In this document: positions 1 through 12,296 of the stretch, one piece after another | Layout of the letters: every line of letters starts with the position of its first letter | Numbering within the stretch: the stretch's first letter is position 1 | Assembly: GCA_951406725.2 (NCBI GenBank) | Contig: OX597814.1 | Coordinates: forward strand, 224,998,001-225,062,000 | Length of the DNA: 64,000 nucleotides | From: Octopus vulgaris | Lineage: Eukaryota | Direction of reading: 5' to 3' | Made by a program: the position numbers and the translations under genes | Notes under the pieces: generated by a model | What the model was told of the DNA's origin: nothing | What the model saw: only the letters and a program-made list of their open reading frames with translations | Databases searched by the model: none

Positions 1-358
1 AAATACCCAACAAATTAACAGAATGGAAATTTAGTGACTCCAGCTGTAAAATACAAATATTTTATTAAAAAATGGGAAAAAATATTCTTCGGTTTGTAAT
101 CGATAGGGTCGGGAAAGACAACAAGGCATCAATAGCATTGGTGAATGAAACGTGATAAACAAATAACCTACTCCAGCAAAATACAATATGATTTAGCCAA
201 ACAGAATACGACTGCGTAATCGATATGTGGAGACAGGACAATTATTGTGATGATAAATGGTAAAAGAACAAGAAGAGGGCAATAATCACTATAAAACAAA
301 AAAGAACCCTTTTTAAATGAAAACAAAACAGTATGAAGAAAGCAGGATGGCCAATTAA

Positions 359-473
359 GTAGGGGGAAATGTATTTAAGAAGAAGGAAGAAATGTATTTA
401 AGAAGTAGAGGGAAATGTATTTAAGAAGAAGGAGGAAATGTATTTAAGAAGAAGGAGGAAATGTATTTAAAAA
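359..473. repeat. Minisatellite, 5 copies of a 23-bp unit (GAAGGAGGAAATGTATTTAAGAA)
   Basis: GAAATGTATTTAAGAA core recurs at 23-bp spacing. Confidence 0.85.
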
Positions 474-716
474 CTAAGGGAAAATATATTAAAGGACATT
501 TAGAAATCGACCAATGAAAACTATAGTTAACTAAAAAAGATCGAACCTGTGCCAACTTGTAAACATACTAGAGAAAGCACTTCGCCTAGTGGTAGCATGA
601 AACTAGTGGCAAAACAAAAAAATAATAATAATTCAACTTAAATAATCTATACGCTGAACACTATGTATTGAGTACTTAGTGACCTTTTCGTTGAAAAACT
701 GCTACGTATGAGCTCG

Positions 717-1362
717 TATGTATACATATATAAATATGTATAGTATGTGTGCGTATGTTTTTGTAAGTATGTGTGTCTATGTGTATATACATATATCTAT
801 ATATATATCTATGTGTGCGTCTATATGTGTATTTTGTGTGTGTGAGTGTGTGTGTGTGTACATGTACCTATACACACAGATATATGTGTTTGTTCGTGCA
901 TGTGTGTATGTATGTATGTATGTATGTATGTATGTATGTATGTGTGTGTATGTATGTGTGTATGTATGTATGTATGTATGTATGTGTGTATGTATGTATG
1001 TATGTATGTATGTATGTATGTATGTGTGTATGTATGTATGTGTGTATGTATGTATGTATGTATGTGTGTGTATGTATGTATGTGTGTGTGTATATATATA
1101 TGTGTGTATATATATATATACATATATATATGCACACATACATATATATGTACGTACATATATGTGTATGTATGTATGTATGTATGTATGTGTGTATGTA
1201 TGTATGTGTGTATATATATATATATGTGTGTGTGTATGTATATATATATATATATACATATATATACGCACACATACCTACATACATACGTACGTACATA
1301 TATGCATACATATGTACATCTATATATACCTAATCACACAAACGTACACACACGTATATACT
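717..1362. repeat. Compound microsatellite (TATG)n/(TG)n/(TA)n
   Basis: Seen directly; explains the six overlapping MYVC/HTYI ORFs. Confidence 0.95.
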
Positions 1363-1889
1363 TTCATGGAAGAAGTATGACCTTTGAGGAACGTAACTGC
1401 TTCACTACATATCGTATTTCACGTGAGGTCAAAAATAAATAGATATCGGAAATCAACAGCATTTAGAATGTAGTTGTAGGTCAAACTTAGACACAACTGA
1501 GAAATATCTTACAAAAATGCTTTAAAAACTATCAGAAAAAGAAGTGAAGTAAATAAAAATAATCACCAGCAAGAAACGCTGAGAAGGTTGGGGAATTATT
1601 CGTAAGAATTCAATTTCGATCATTATAAACTTACTGTCTAGTTTTTTTTTTAAACAGTAGTGGTCATCAGGAGGAAAGTTATTGATTGACAATCTATTAA
1701 TGGAACATCTTAGAAGCTTAACCTACAAACAAATATGTATAAGGAAAGAAAAAGAATTTGAAAAGTTCAAAATAATCATAAATCTATATTAATAATTTTC
1801 TGTAATCGATCGAAGAAACACGGAAAATAAATAATTACAGAAATTACATTTCTATAAATATTAAAATATCGAATTTTGAATAACAGAGT

Positions 1890-2450
1890 TGGAGAGAGGT
1901 CAAAGAAAACAGTCCAAAGAACAGTCCTGAGGGTATGTCTTCAATAATCCTGACCTGGAGATGATCTGGATAAACAAGCAGAATTGCCCGCACATATCAC
2001 CCAGATTTTGTTGATCCCAGATAGCATCTTGACTTCTAAGACAAGACAGTTAATTCTATTGAAGTTCACTGTGATTTGGAAAGAAAGACGGTGGCGGCGC
2101 AAGAGAGGAAGAGAACTAAATATCAGGAAGGATTGTTCTCAAGAATGGATGGAGACCGAAGTGTTTGCCATTGAAGGTTGGCAGCCGAGGGTTCGCATGT
2201 CGTAACCTAAGTAATGCCTATAGGAGCCTGGGCACTTCAGAAATGATCAGAAGAGCAATCGAGAACATATATAGAGGATGCTCAGAAAGCATCTCTGGCT
2301 GAAAACAGGTGGTCGTAGAATGTCAGGACGTTATAATACTGCTTTGGCACTGGCGTAGGCTTGAAAACCTAAGCCCGAGCGCCTGGATGATGGTGTTTGT
2401 TGCAAGATCCGAAGCATCTTGTGTCGCGTGGATACAACACAGATGATATA
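1890..2450 (+). mobile_element. Degenerate 3' end of a Hero-like (RLE-type) non-LTR retrotransposon
   Basis: Frameshifted translation DLDKQAELPAHITQILLIPDSILTSKTRQLILLKFTVIWKER...ERKRTKYQE...GWRPKCLPLKVGSRGFACRNLSNAYRSLG...RRAIENI resembles the Hero RLE pattern (PDIVL..LELTVPWEE..ERKR.KY..EVGCRGF); recalled, not searched. Confidence 0.65.
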
Positions 2451-2779
2451 TTGAAGTATTGAGAACTACATTCCTTGTACTATATTCTGAGATTCCTATG
2501 TCGGTTACTCTAAGCATATAGTTATTTTCTGAAATAATGGTAAATTAAGAGCAAAAAAAAAGTTACTAAAATTAAAGATTTATATCTCATCGATACCGGA
2601 AACCATATTCTTTATTGATAAATATCTACTCTGAGGGACAATTATATCGTAAAGTAAGCAATGAAAAGTAAAAGTAGTCTTGTGATCAAATCTTTGAAGG
2701 TCTTAGTAAAACTTGGTAGAAAATATATATAAAAAGTTTCATAAAGCCGAGGTTTGTATTTAAATACAAAACTTTGATT

Positions 2780-3200
2780 CTGCAACACTGTATATAAATT
2801 CTCCACTGGGGATGACCAAGTTTAAAAATCTGCTGGATATCACTCAAATAAGGGAATCTTACATTGCTTATAAACTCTATATTTGGAAGGCCTCAGTTTA
2901 AACTCTTCAGGACTTTTGGACTTTACTCATAGGGTATTGGAATATTGCATGTATACCATTATGCCTATAAAAAGGATTTAAAACTTCAATACCCATACAT
3001 ATCTTGCATCTATTTTCTTTCCTCCACCTCACTCTATATTTTGTATCACATCTAAACTAACTATGACTTTTCCTCTCACACCGTCTCCGATGAAGGGATA
3101 TTATTAATTAATATTCTAGAAACAGCTGTAAGACCTTCTATCTATAAATGCCCTAATATCTATACAGCCTTGGTTTTTTTTATCTTATTACGCAAAAAAT
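2780..3200 (+). mobile_element. Penelope-like element 3' remnant (endonuclease C-terminus-like peptide plus pLTR)
   Basis: IRESYIAYKL...GLSLN-like peptide upstream of a hammerhead motif; 3090-3190 is similar to 27780-27875. Confidence 0.4.
3083..3134 (+). ncRNA. Minimal type I hammerhead ribozyme, core U4C
   Basis: GUCU-CCGAUGA-A-GGGAUAUUA/UAAUAUUCU-A-GAAAC-AGCU-GUA-AGAC: stem I GUCU/AGAC, palindromic stem III. Confidence 0.6.
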
Positions 3201-3203
3201 TCT

Positions 3204-3235
<32 letters not shown>

Positions 3236-3694
3236 AAATGTAAGGTAAATAGATGTCGTAGCGTTTTCTAAGATTAGCATTACAGTCATTCCACCAACAG
3301 AACTGCCTACCCATCTAATTATGGTGTAAGTGGTTGGGTAACGCATATGTCGCCTTAACTTTATCTTCAGGCAGGAAGTCGTAGAGATCTCGGTACCTCG
3401 AAACAGAATAAGTATTGCTTGTGATGCAAGCAGCACTACCAGAGAACAACGAGTATGCATAAACGAAATATAGAGTAGCACTTGTAGAGATTGCAAAAGA
3501 TTCGACAACAAAAATGGGTTTCAGAAGAAAAAGAAAATACAAAAATACTGGTGCTGTTCTGCAAGCACCAAACGCAGGAGAATTCGAGAAACAATTTGAG
3601 AAGAAAATAGTCTAAAATTGAGGTTTTTCGATTGAAATAGCGAAAAAAATAAGAGTAATAAATAGAAACAGATGTAAAAAAACAACAACAAAAA

Positions 3695-4017
3695 CCGGCA
3701 CTTCGTCGGTTACGACGACGAGAGTTCCACTCGATCCGATCCACGGAGCAGCCTGCTCGTGAAATTAACGTGTTAGCTGTAGAGCACTCCATAGACATGT
3801 ATACGCTTAATACAGTTCTCAGGGAGATCCAGCGTGACACAGAATTGACAAGGTTGGCTCCTTGAAATGCAAATACTACTTACTTTTGTCAGCTGAGTGA
3901 ACTAGAACAACATAAAATAAAGTATCATGCTCAAGGACACGACGTACCGCCGGGAATCGAGATCATAACTTTACGATTGTGAGCCGAATTCCCTAATCAC
4001 GAAGCCACTCGCCTTCA
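3695..4017 (-). mobile_element. tRNA-derived SINE, family C (CORE-like TTGAGCAAxACACTT...CAGCTG segment)
   Basis: tRNA-like head at the right end; shares segments with 31539-31787, 43915-44210 and 45485-45694. Confidence 0.7.
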
Positions 4018-4480
4018 CTGGGTATGGAGCTAATACTGAGCGAAAGGTAAATAGTTCATGGCACAAACACAAGTCCATAAACGAAATAAAGAATCGATTG
4101 TAACAAAGATTCACTTATATACAAGAAGGACAAAAACAAAAAAAGTAAGTGAAGCGGGTAGAGAACTAGATTAAAAAAAAACACACCAAAAACTATTTGC
4201 GTTAGTGATCAAACTGGAATTAAACAAATACATAAACCAACGAATATATATAGGACCATGAAAACAAGAACAAAACAAACTCGACTTAATCACAAATCTC
4301 TCTTCAAGAGCTGTCGATGTGGAGGTCACGAGGGAATCTCTGTACATCAAGACAAAGTGGTCCCAGGGAATTCAATGTAGAATTATTCCTAGAAATGAAC
4401 ATATATATATATTATATATATATAATATATATATCATATATACAATTTTGCATTCCTGAGAATTATTCCTAGGAAATGAA

Positions 4481-4533
<53 letters not shown>

Positions 4534-4539
4534 TACAAT

Positions 4540-4695
4540 TTTGCTCATAGTCATTCTGTTCTTTACATTATAAACAGTCTTTATGGACACTCCAACTATT
4601 CTTGAAATCTCCTTTGGTGTGACGAGTGCATTCAGCAAATCAAATATGTATAAAATTTTAGGGATGCCAGTGCACCCCCTGTTCCTGGGCTCTTG
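4540..4695 (-). mobile_element. Tc1/mariner (ITm) transposase N-terminal HTH fragment
   Basis: IFDLLNALVTPKEISRIVGVSIKTVYNVKNRM helix-turn-helix-like peptide between (TA)n tracts. Confidence 0.5.
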
Positions 4696-4861
4696 CATAT
4701 ATATATATATATATATACAAGCATTGGTTACACAACATACACAAACATTTAAATTTGGGTCAACGACTTTACATACAACAACACCCCTCAAACATTTAAT
4801 CATATATATAAATATATATATATTCGAACGTTTACTTTGTGTGTGTATATATACATATATA

Positions 4862-4920
<59 letters not shown>

Positions 4921-4925
4921 ACACA

Positions 4926-4969
<44 letters not shown>

Positions 4970-5469
4970 TCTGTCGAAGTTTTATTGCTTGTGTATTTGT
5001 ACTGGCATGTCTTAGCATAAAAATCGAAACGTTTGAATCTGTTATCTATGCTACAGTTATATAAGACAAAAAAATTAAGGGAAGAAGGAAAGAAAAAGTA
5101 GTAACGTCCTTCTTTTGGCTGGTTTAGTGTCACCAAGCTGTACCATTTGTGACAGAATGCTTATGTAACAATAGACAGTATAGTAGTAAACATATATTCA
5201 TACATACAAGCGTACGTTTATCTATCAGTTAACCTAGAAACAATAGTAACAACAAGAACAACAGTAGCAACAACAACAACAACAATTACAACTATAGCTG
5301 CAATAACAACGATAAGACATGTTGGTCGATGACGATGGTAATGAAAATAGTAATGGTTTGCTATTTTGGCCCATGGTGAACATTTTTAAGGAGAGGGTTA
5401 AATCGATTATCCGAAAGGATTAAAGGCAAAATTAACCTTGACTAAATTTGAACACAAAACATAAATGTA

Positions 5470-5572
5470 GGCGTAGGAGTGGCTGTGTGGTAAGTAGCTT
5501 GCTTACCAACCACATAGTTCCAGGTTCAGTCTCACTGCGTGGCACCTTGGGCAAGTGTCTTCTACTGTAGCA
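5470..5572 (+). mobile_element. SINE family A (octopus OK-like), 5' head only
   Basis: GGCGTAGGAGTGGCTGTGTGGTAAG...GGTTCAGTCTCACTGCGTGGCACCTTGGGCAAG, with A/B-box-like motifs. Confidence 0.85.
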
Positions 5573-5574
5573 TA

Positions 5575-5794
5575 AACATACACACACACACACACATACA
5601 TATACATATATATATATATATATATACACATATATACGACGGACTTCTTTCAGTTTCCGTCTACCAAATCCACACACAAGGTTTTGGTTGGCTCGAGGCT
5701 ACTGTAGACAGTAGAAGACACTTGCCCAAGGTGCCACGCAGTGGGACTGAACCCGGAACCATGTGGTTGGGAAGCAAGCTTCTTACCACACGCC
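5575..5794 (-). mobile_element. SINE family A, 5' half, inverted relative to the neighbouring copy
   Basis: Reverse complement of the family A head and middle. Confidence 0.85.
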
Positions 5795-5879
5795 TAATCT
5801 TTTAATTAAATATCTGTGACAACAAGGTGTTGACGACAACAATAGCTTCAACAACCGACGAGGATAACAACAATAATAC

Positions 5880-6066
5880 TGCTTTTAAACTTTGGCACAA
5901 GGCTAGCTGTTTCGACCGCAGTGTTCAACAGGTACTTGTTTTATCGACCCCGAATGGATAATAGGCAAAGCCGACCCTGGTGGGAAACTTGCACTCAGAA
6001 CGCAAAGACGGACGAAATGCTGCTAAGCATTTTGCCCGGCATGTTAACGATTCTGCCGGCTCGCCA
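5880..6066 (-). mobile_element. SINE family B, degenerate
   Basis: Reverse complement of GGCGAGCCGGCAGAATCGTTAACATGCCGGGCAAAATGCTTAG...; matches 25463-25685 and 16640-16835. Confidence 0.7.
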
Positions 6067-6099
6067 ACTTGAAAACAAAAAATTAACAACATCAATGTT

Positions 6100-6505
6100 A
6101 TGCTGATGCTTCTGATGATGATGATAACGACGACGATGATGACGATGATGACGATCGCAACAACTGGATGATGTCAGCAACATTAGCTCGAACATAACAG
6201 AACCATCCGTTATAATAAAACCAGCAACGACAACAGAAAGAACAAATAGCAAGATGACCAGCCGTGACAATTGCAACAACAATTGCAACAACAACAACAA
6301 TCACAATACTTCCAGAAAGTACAGTAACTACGATGAAAACAACAATAAGAGTAACCATGACAACAACGACAACCCCCACCCCCTACATGTACGATAAAAC
6401 AACGACGACGACGATGACAACTAGAACAACAGTATGACATTCACCATGAACGCGAACAATAACAACAACAACAACACCTTTAGCGCGAATGATGAAAATG
6501 ATGCC
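6100..6505. repeat. Degenerate (ATG)/(CAA)/(CGA) trinucleotide low-complexity region
   Basis: Seen directly. Confidence 0.7.
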
Positions 6506-7469
6506 GCCATATTTGTTTGTGCCGTATCACTTTGCTAATGTGGTGTTTCTTCACAGTTCTACAGGATAATTTCCGTCAACAAGCAAACAGAAATAGTTTG
6601 ATTGATTTACCTGTAATACCATACCAGCAGACATTTTATGTAATTTTATCATTATTATTTTTAATTTTTTCCCCCTTTAGGCTAATCTGGTTAATTCCAG
6701 AATGCCAGCATGGCTACCAAACAAAGAAAAAAGAGCTCTTCATACAACGTTTTGGTTGCATTTGTTGTCGTCGTTGTTATTGCTGTAAAAGCGGTTGTAT
6801 TGATGCTGTTGTTGTTACTATTGGTACAGCTGTTAGTTGCAGGATTTCTTTCTTCTTGCAAAGGCTTTTGATCTCACTTGAGGCTTTGAGTCCAACACTT
6901 CATTTCTGTGAACTAATCTTCAATTATACAATGCATCTGCTACTACTGCTGCTAACCAATAGCAATAAAGCAACTGCATCTCTTTCCGCATTAGGTATTT
7001 GAACAAGAAGCGAGGATTGTTCGGTATACATAGAGTTTTGGTCTTCATATCATTTCTGGTCACACCAGATGTCACAACACACTATTATATATTCAGGTTG
7101 CTGTTCTAACTGTCATTAACAAACGCTGATATAATGATGCTCATTGTTATTGTTTATCCCCAACCGATCGACTGTCAGTTCAACTCTGATCGAGGAGACA
7201 AAGAATTAAACACGTTTCACTCGTGAACATATCTTCTTTCCCGGGCTATCAAGAACAACATAATTTAATGTCGCCATTCTTTTCATAAGATAGAAGAATG
7301 GGATTTGATGAAGATTCTGAGCGCTATTACTGACAGGTGAAGTGAGAATATAGTTGGTTCGGTGTTGGTATTGCTAATACTGTTCTTTCTGTACATTTTC
7401 TTTTTAACACTAGGCACCGTTTGTGCAGATGTGAAATATGTTTAAGAAATTCGCTTCGCAATCACACAT

Positions 7470-7745
7470 TTTCGAGTTTCCTTCAACAACGCACCATTTT
7501 TGGCAACTGTTTCTTTCATAGCTTCGGATCGATACGAAATTCGTGAGCGAAATTGGGTAGAAACAGAAATAAAAATTGTGCAAAAATTCATCTGAAAGAC
7601 TTTAGCTGTTCTGGGGAAGCAGATATAATCCATAACCACGTTTAATACAATAACCTAGCCCCTGAGTGGAATTTAATCTGGTGCAAATATTCAAACCTGA
7701 TTTTTGATCCGAAGAAAACTTTTGCTGCAGCAGCCGATGAGGGCA
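7470..7745 (-). mobile_element. Possible DD37D-type transposase C-terminal remnant
   Basis: Weak: ..MDY.. and TQFRSRI...AKNG resemble the end of ITm transposases. Confidence 0.25.
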
Positions 7746-8405
7746 AGGCAAAAGAGTGCATGACTTCTCTGTCGCTTATAAATTTAGATCTCATAACAGT
7801 TACCTTGAAGAATGTCTACAATATTAAATATTCCAAAGTCGTTTGGGACTGAAGCTTAAAGCTGTCAATGAGTAAATTTTATTATATGTATTGAGTAATT
7901 TCAAGGAGAAAATGCCCCGTACGTTGTATAACTCTGAGTGTTTGTACATAGGTACATCCGATGATGTTGGGTGCGTGTTCTACGTGCCAACGGAACTTCA
8001 GATTTACATGGAGCTGAGTCAAACTCTTACTAAATAAATGTAGCTATAATGAAATGGGTTCCGTCCTACTTTCTTTCGTCAGTCCACTTACTCGTGTATG
8101 TATGTATTTATATATATATATACAAGGTCATGCCAAATCTGTTTCATTTACAAGCAAAACAAAAACAGAAAACCAGAAGCTAAATCTCTCAAAGACAGAT
8201 ATATGAGGAAAACACCTCTCCACGACAAACCCATTAAACATGAGTGGCACTCAGCTAGAGCCCTTTCTCGCTCCAAATGCTGGGCCTCACTATCACCGAG
8301 GATCTTTCCTCGAGAAAGTACAAAGTTTGCATAGCGAAGACCACATCACAAAGACTAGCTCTTCTCTTCAAATCCAGAAACTATTTCAATCTATAATTAA
8401 AAAAT

Positions 8406-8857
<452 letters not shown>

Positions 8858-9012
8858 TATCGTCGTCACCACCATCACCATCACTCGCTGTAGTAGTAGT
8901 TGTAGTAGCAGCAGCAGCAAGATGCTCTAAGAAATCATTATGACTCAACAACCTTGAAATGGCCACAGTGTAAAAGCGATATACCTATGGACAATATTGC
9001 TCTATAAGATCG

Positions 9013-9035
9013 ATCTATCTATCTATCTATCTGTC

Positions 9036-9111
<76 letters not shown>

Positions 9112-9120
9112 ATCTATCTG
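9013..9120. repeat. (ATCT)n microsatellite
   Basis: Seen directly. Confidence 0.95.
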
Positions 9121-9554
9121 TCTTCCCACCCAGATATGTGTATGTATGTATGTATGTATCTATTATGTACGTATGTATGTACGTATGTGTGTGGGTATTG
9201 GCTCCTTTACATTTTTAGTCTTTAGTTAAAGCGTCAACACGTTTGATTCCAAGATTGATTCCACGAGGGCCGATAAAATAGATACCAACACTGTCGAGAG
9301 AATTGATGTACTTCTTTCCTACCAAATGTAGCTTCCAAATCAATATTCGATATATGTAAAGCTTTTTTTATTGAATCCCTTCGTAATGTACTTAGAAGTT
9401 CCGCGTTATTGGTAGTAACTCAATATATGCGAAAAATATTAAATTTTGACTTAAGTTAATCTGTGTGTCGGTGCCTCATCTAGAGATTAGTGCGTTTGGC
9501 TCATGGACGTACGGATTATATTCTTGTACCAGGTAGCGCATTGTGTTTGATATC

Positions 9555-10000
9555 TTTTATCCTTTACACAAGAAGAGTCATTGAACAGTGGCCATGTTGC
9601 AGCACCACCTTCAAGAGTTTGGCCGAAGAAATCAAGCCCAGCATTACTTTAAAAAAAATCTGGTACTTATTCTATCGTCAGGCTTCTTTCAGCTTCCATC
9701 GACCAAATCTACTCACAAGAATTCTTTGTTGCTGGACCGATAACTTACGGGGACGTGAATAAACCAGCACCGGTTGTAAAGTGGTGGTTGGGTTCAAACC
9801 CCAAAACAAATACGAACACACAAACTTATTCATTTATATATACGTCGGGCTTCTTTCAGCTTCCGTCGACCAAATCTACTCACAAGGATTTGGCCGTCCC
9901 GAGACTACAGTAGAATTCACTTATACAAGGTTCCACGAGATAGGAATGAACCCGAAGTCTTATAGCTTGAAAGCAAGCTTCATACCTCACAACCGCACCT
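9555..10000 (-). mobile_element. SINE family A, old and rearranged
   Basis: Diverged match to family A; the GCTTCTTTCAGCTTCC..GACCAAATCTACTCACAAG segment is present twice. Confidence 0.7.
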
Positions 10001-10354
10001 ACCCGTATGATATGAAGAACTTTATTTCATGTTGATTCAGTTTATTCTACTATGATGCGAACACCGAAAACTGGTGCACTCATCTCTTGCATTAGCTGGC
10101 AAATCCTGTATGTTCGGCTGCATCAAGGTTGAAAGAGTCTCAATGCATGTTATACTGATCACATAGGCAACTAGAATATTTATCGAAAGCATGGTACCTG
10201 TTATCGATCCATACTCGTTCGCGAGTAACGACTGTACTGTACGTTTCAGGCAATCTGATGTCAAATTAAAATCATACATTATATATACAATGCATACATA
10301 TACTTACATATAACACACACATATACACGCGCGCTCGCACAAACAAACACACAG

Positions 10355-10835
10355 AATGAGATGGATAAATTGTCGCCATTTTATATTTTTAATTTCGCGA
10401 ATGCGTATTATTGTTTTGTTTTTTTTTGATTTTCTTAACTACACAGTATAGTAGTGTTAGTTGGACACCATCTGTAAGAAAAACAACACCATGACGCAAT
10501 TTTTCCTGCCAGAAATTTGGAAACAACATGATATACTGCTTGGCATTCGCGCCGGAAGCTTCAATACGAACATTTCAGCGTGTTTGGGTGTCAATCTGAG
10601 CATATGTACATCATGGTGTTTGAAGTGATCACTAGTGATAGCGACGTTGTACCACCATTCATCTTCCCATACGGTCTCAGACTCAACACCGTGGCCTACA
10701 TCAAGTGTCTGAAAGAGGTAGGGCTGCCCTGGGTCAAGAGGGTGGCTGCTGGAATACTCTATGATGGCAATAGGACTCTGAACCTTGCCACACATACAGG
10801 AGAACCCAGTCATGGCTGTCAGACAATTTCTATGA
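10355..10835 (+). mobile_element. Internally deleted DD37D/maT-like (Tc1/mariner superfamily) transposon
   Basis: IMVFEVITSDSDVVPPFIFPYGLRLNTVAYIKCLKEVGLPWVKRVAAG matches the maT-type segment preceding the QQDxAPxH motif; N-terminal start near 10491 joined by an apparent deletion near 10600. Confidence 0.6.
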
Positions 10836-10836
10836 C

Positions 10837-10950
<114 letters not shown>

Positions 10951-11086
10951 TGCATATAGCTGGGGGTAAAAACAGAAAGAAAGATCACTCTAAGTGTCGA
11001 GATATTTAGATGCCTGTATTTTTGTGAGTGGTGCTTTACACACGCGGCCGCATACACATGCACACACACGCACAAACACATACACA

Positions 11087-11143
<57 letters not shown>

Positions 11144-11164
11144 ATACACATATGCAAACGCATA

Positions 11165-11309
11165 CGCAGACGTGGCTGTGTGGTAAAAAGCTTGCTACGT
11201 AATCCCACGGTTCCTGGTTCGGTCTCACTGTGTGACACCTTGGCGCGAGTGTTTTCTACTATGGCCTCCGGTCGACCAAATGGAAACTGAAAGAAGTCTG
11301 TCATATATA

Positions 11310-11341
<32 letters not shown>

Positions 11342-11611
11342 CGATGGGCTTCTTTATATATAGGTGTGTGTGTGTGTCTGCATGTCTGTCTGTCAGTCTT
11401 TGCATCTTTGTTTTTCCCCTACCACCGCTTGAGATCTGGTGCCAGTGTGTTTACGTCCCAGTATTCTAGCGGTTCGGCAAAAAGATCGATAGAATAAGTA
11501 CCAGACTTTAAAAAAAATCATTGCAGGGATCGATTCAATCGTCTAAAAGTTCTTCAATGCGGTACTCCAGCATGGCCGCAGCCTAATGACTGAAACATGT
11601 AAAACATAAAA
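11165..11611 (+). mobile_element. SINE family A, full length, diverged
   Basis: Head GTGGCTGTGTGGTAA, internal (TA)n, tail CCAGCATGGCCGCAG..TGACTGAAAC. Confidence 0.85.
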
Positions 11612-12034
11612 TATACGCTGGAGGCAAGTCTTGTAAGCTATTGAATTAAACGACTGTTATCGACAGCTTCGGTTTTTCCGGTAGGTTCCATAGGAAAATC
11701 AACATAGGCTAACGCATCCCTTGCAGAGATTTACCTAAGGGAATGGCATTGAACCTAGCACAGCAACATAATATTGTTAATGTTGATTGATTATACAGTT
11801 ACAGCAACTTCTGTTTATTTAGACAGAGTGACTGGCATTTGAAGAATGAATGGTCTTCTCCATGGATACAAACGGACTCGGCTCTGCCAAAGTTAAGTAC
11901 CCTGTTGGCTAAATCAGCTGCGACTTCTATTTTTTTTTTTAGTTTGAAAATTCAAAAGATATAAAAACAGGAAAGAAAAAAATGCCGAAGTCTCAGTGAC
12001 TTGTTTCGAAGAATAAACGGGAAATTAAAACAAC

Positions 12035-12069
12035 ATACACACACACACGTGCGTGCACACAAGTACACG

Positions 12070-12132
<63 letters not shown>

Positions 12133-12200
12133 ACACACACACACACATATATATAGAGAGAGAGAAATAGATAGATATATAGATATATATATTTGTGTGC

Positions 12201-12256
<56 letters not shown>

Positions 12257-12296
12257 ACATATATATATATATATGTGCACATATATGTGTGTGTGT
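12035..12296. repeat. (CA)n/(GA)n/(TA)n compound microsatellite
   Basis: Seen directly. Confidence 0.95.

Noticed and set aside
359-473. Regularly spaced repeats suggestive of a CRISPR array
   Set aside because: Contiguous 23-bp tandem units without unique spacers, eukaryotic context, no cas genes
718-1442. Long overlapping ORFs of 147-220 aa (similar ones at 10.4-12.4, 39.5, 50.2 and 62.1 kb)
   Set aside because: Translations of stop-free TA/TG/TATG microsatellites in several frames; not genes
5470-5550. tRNA-like A/B boxes here and at other SINE heads
   Set aside because: Each continues into a SINE body; no acceptor stem or cloverleaf, so not tRNA genes
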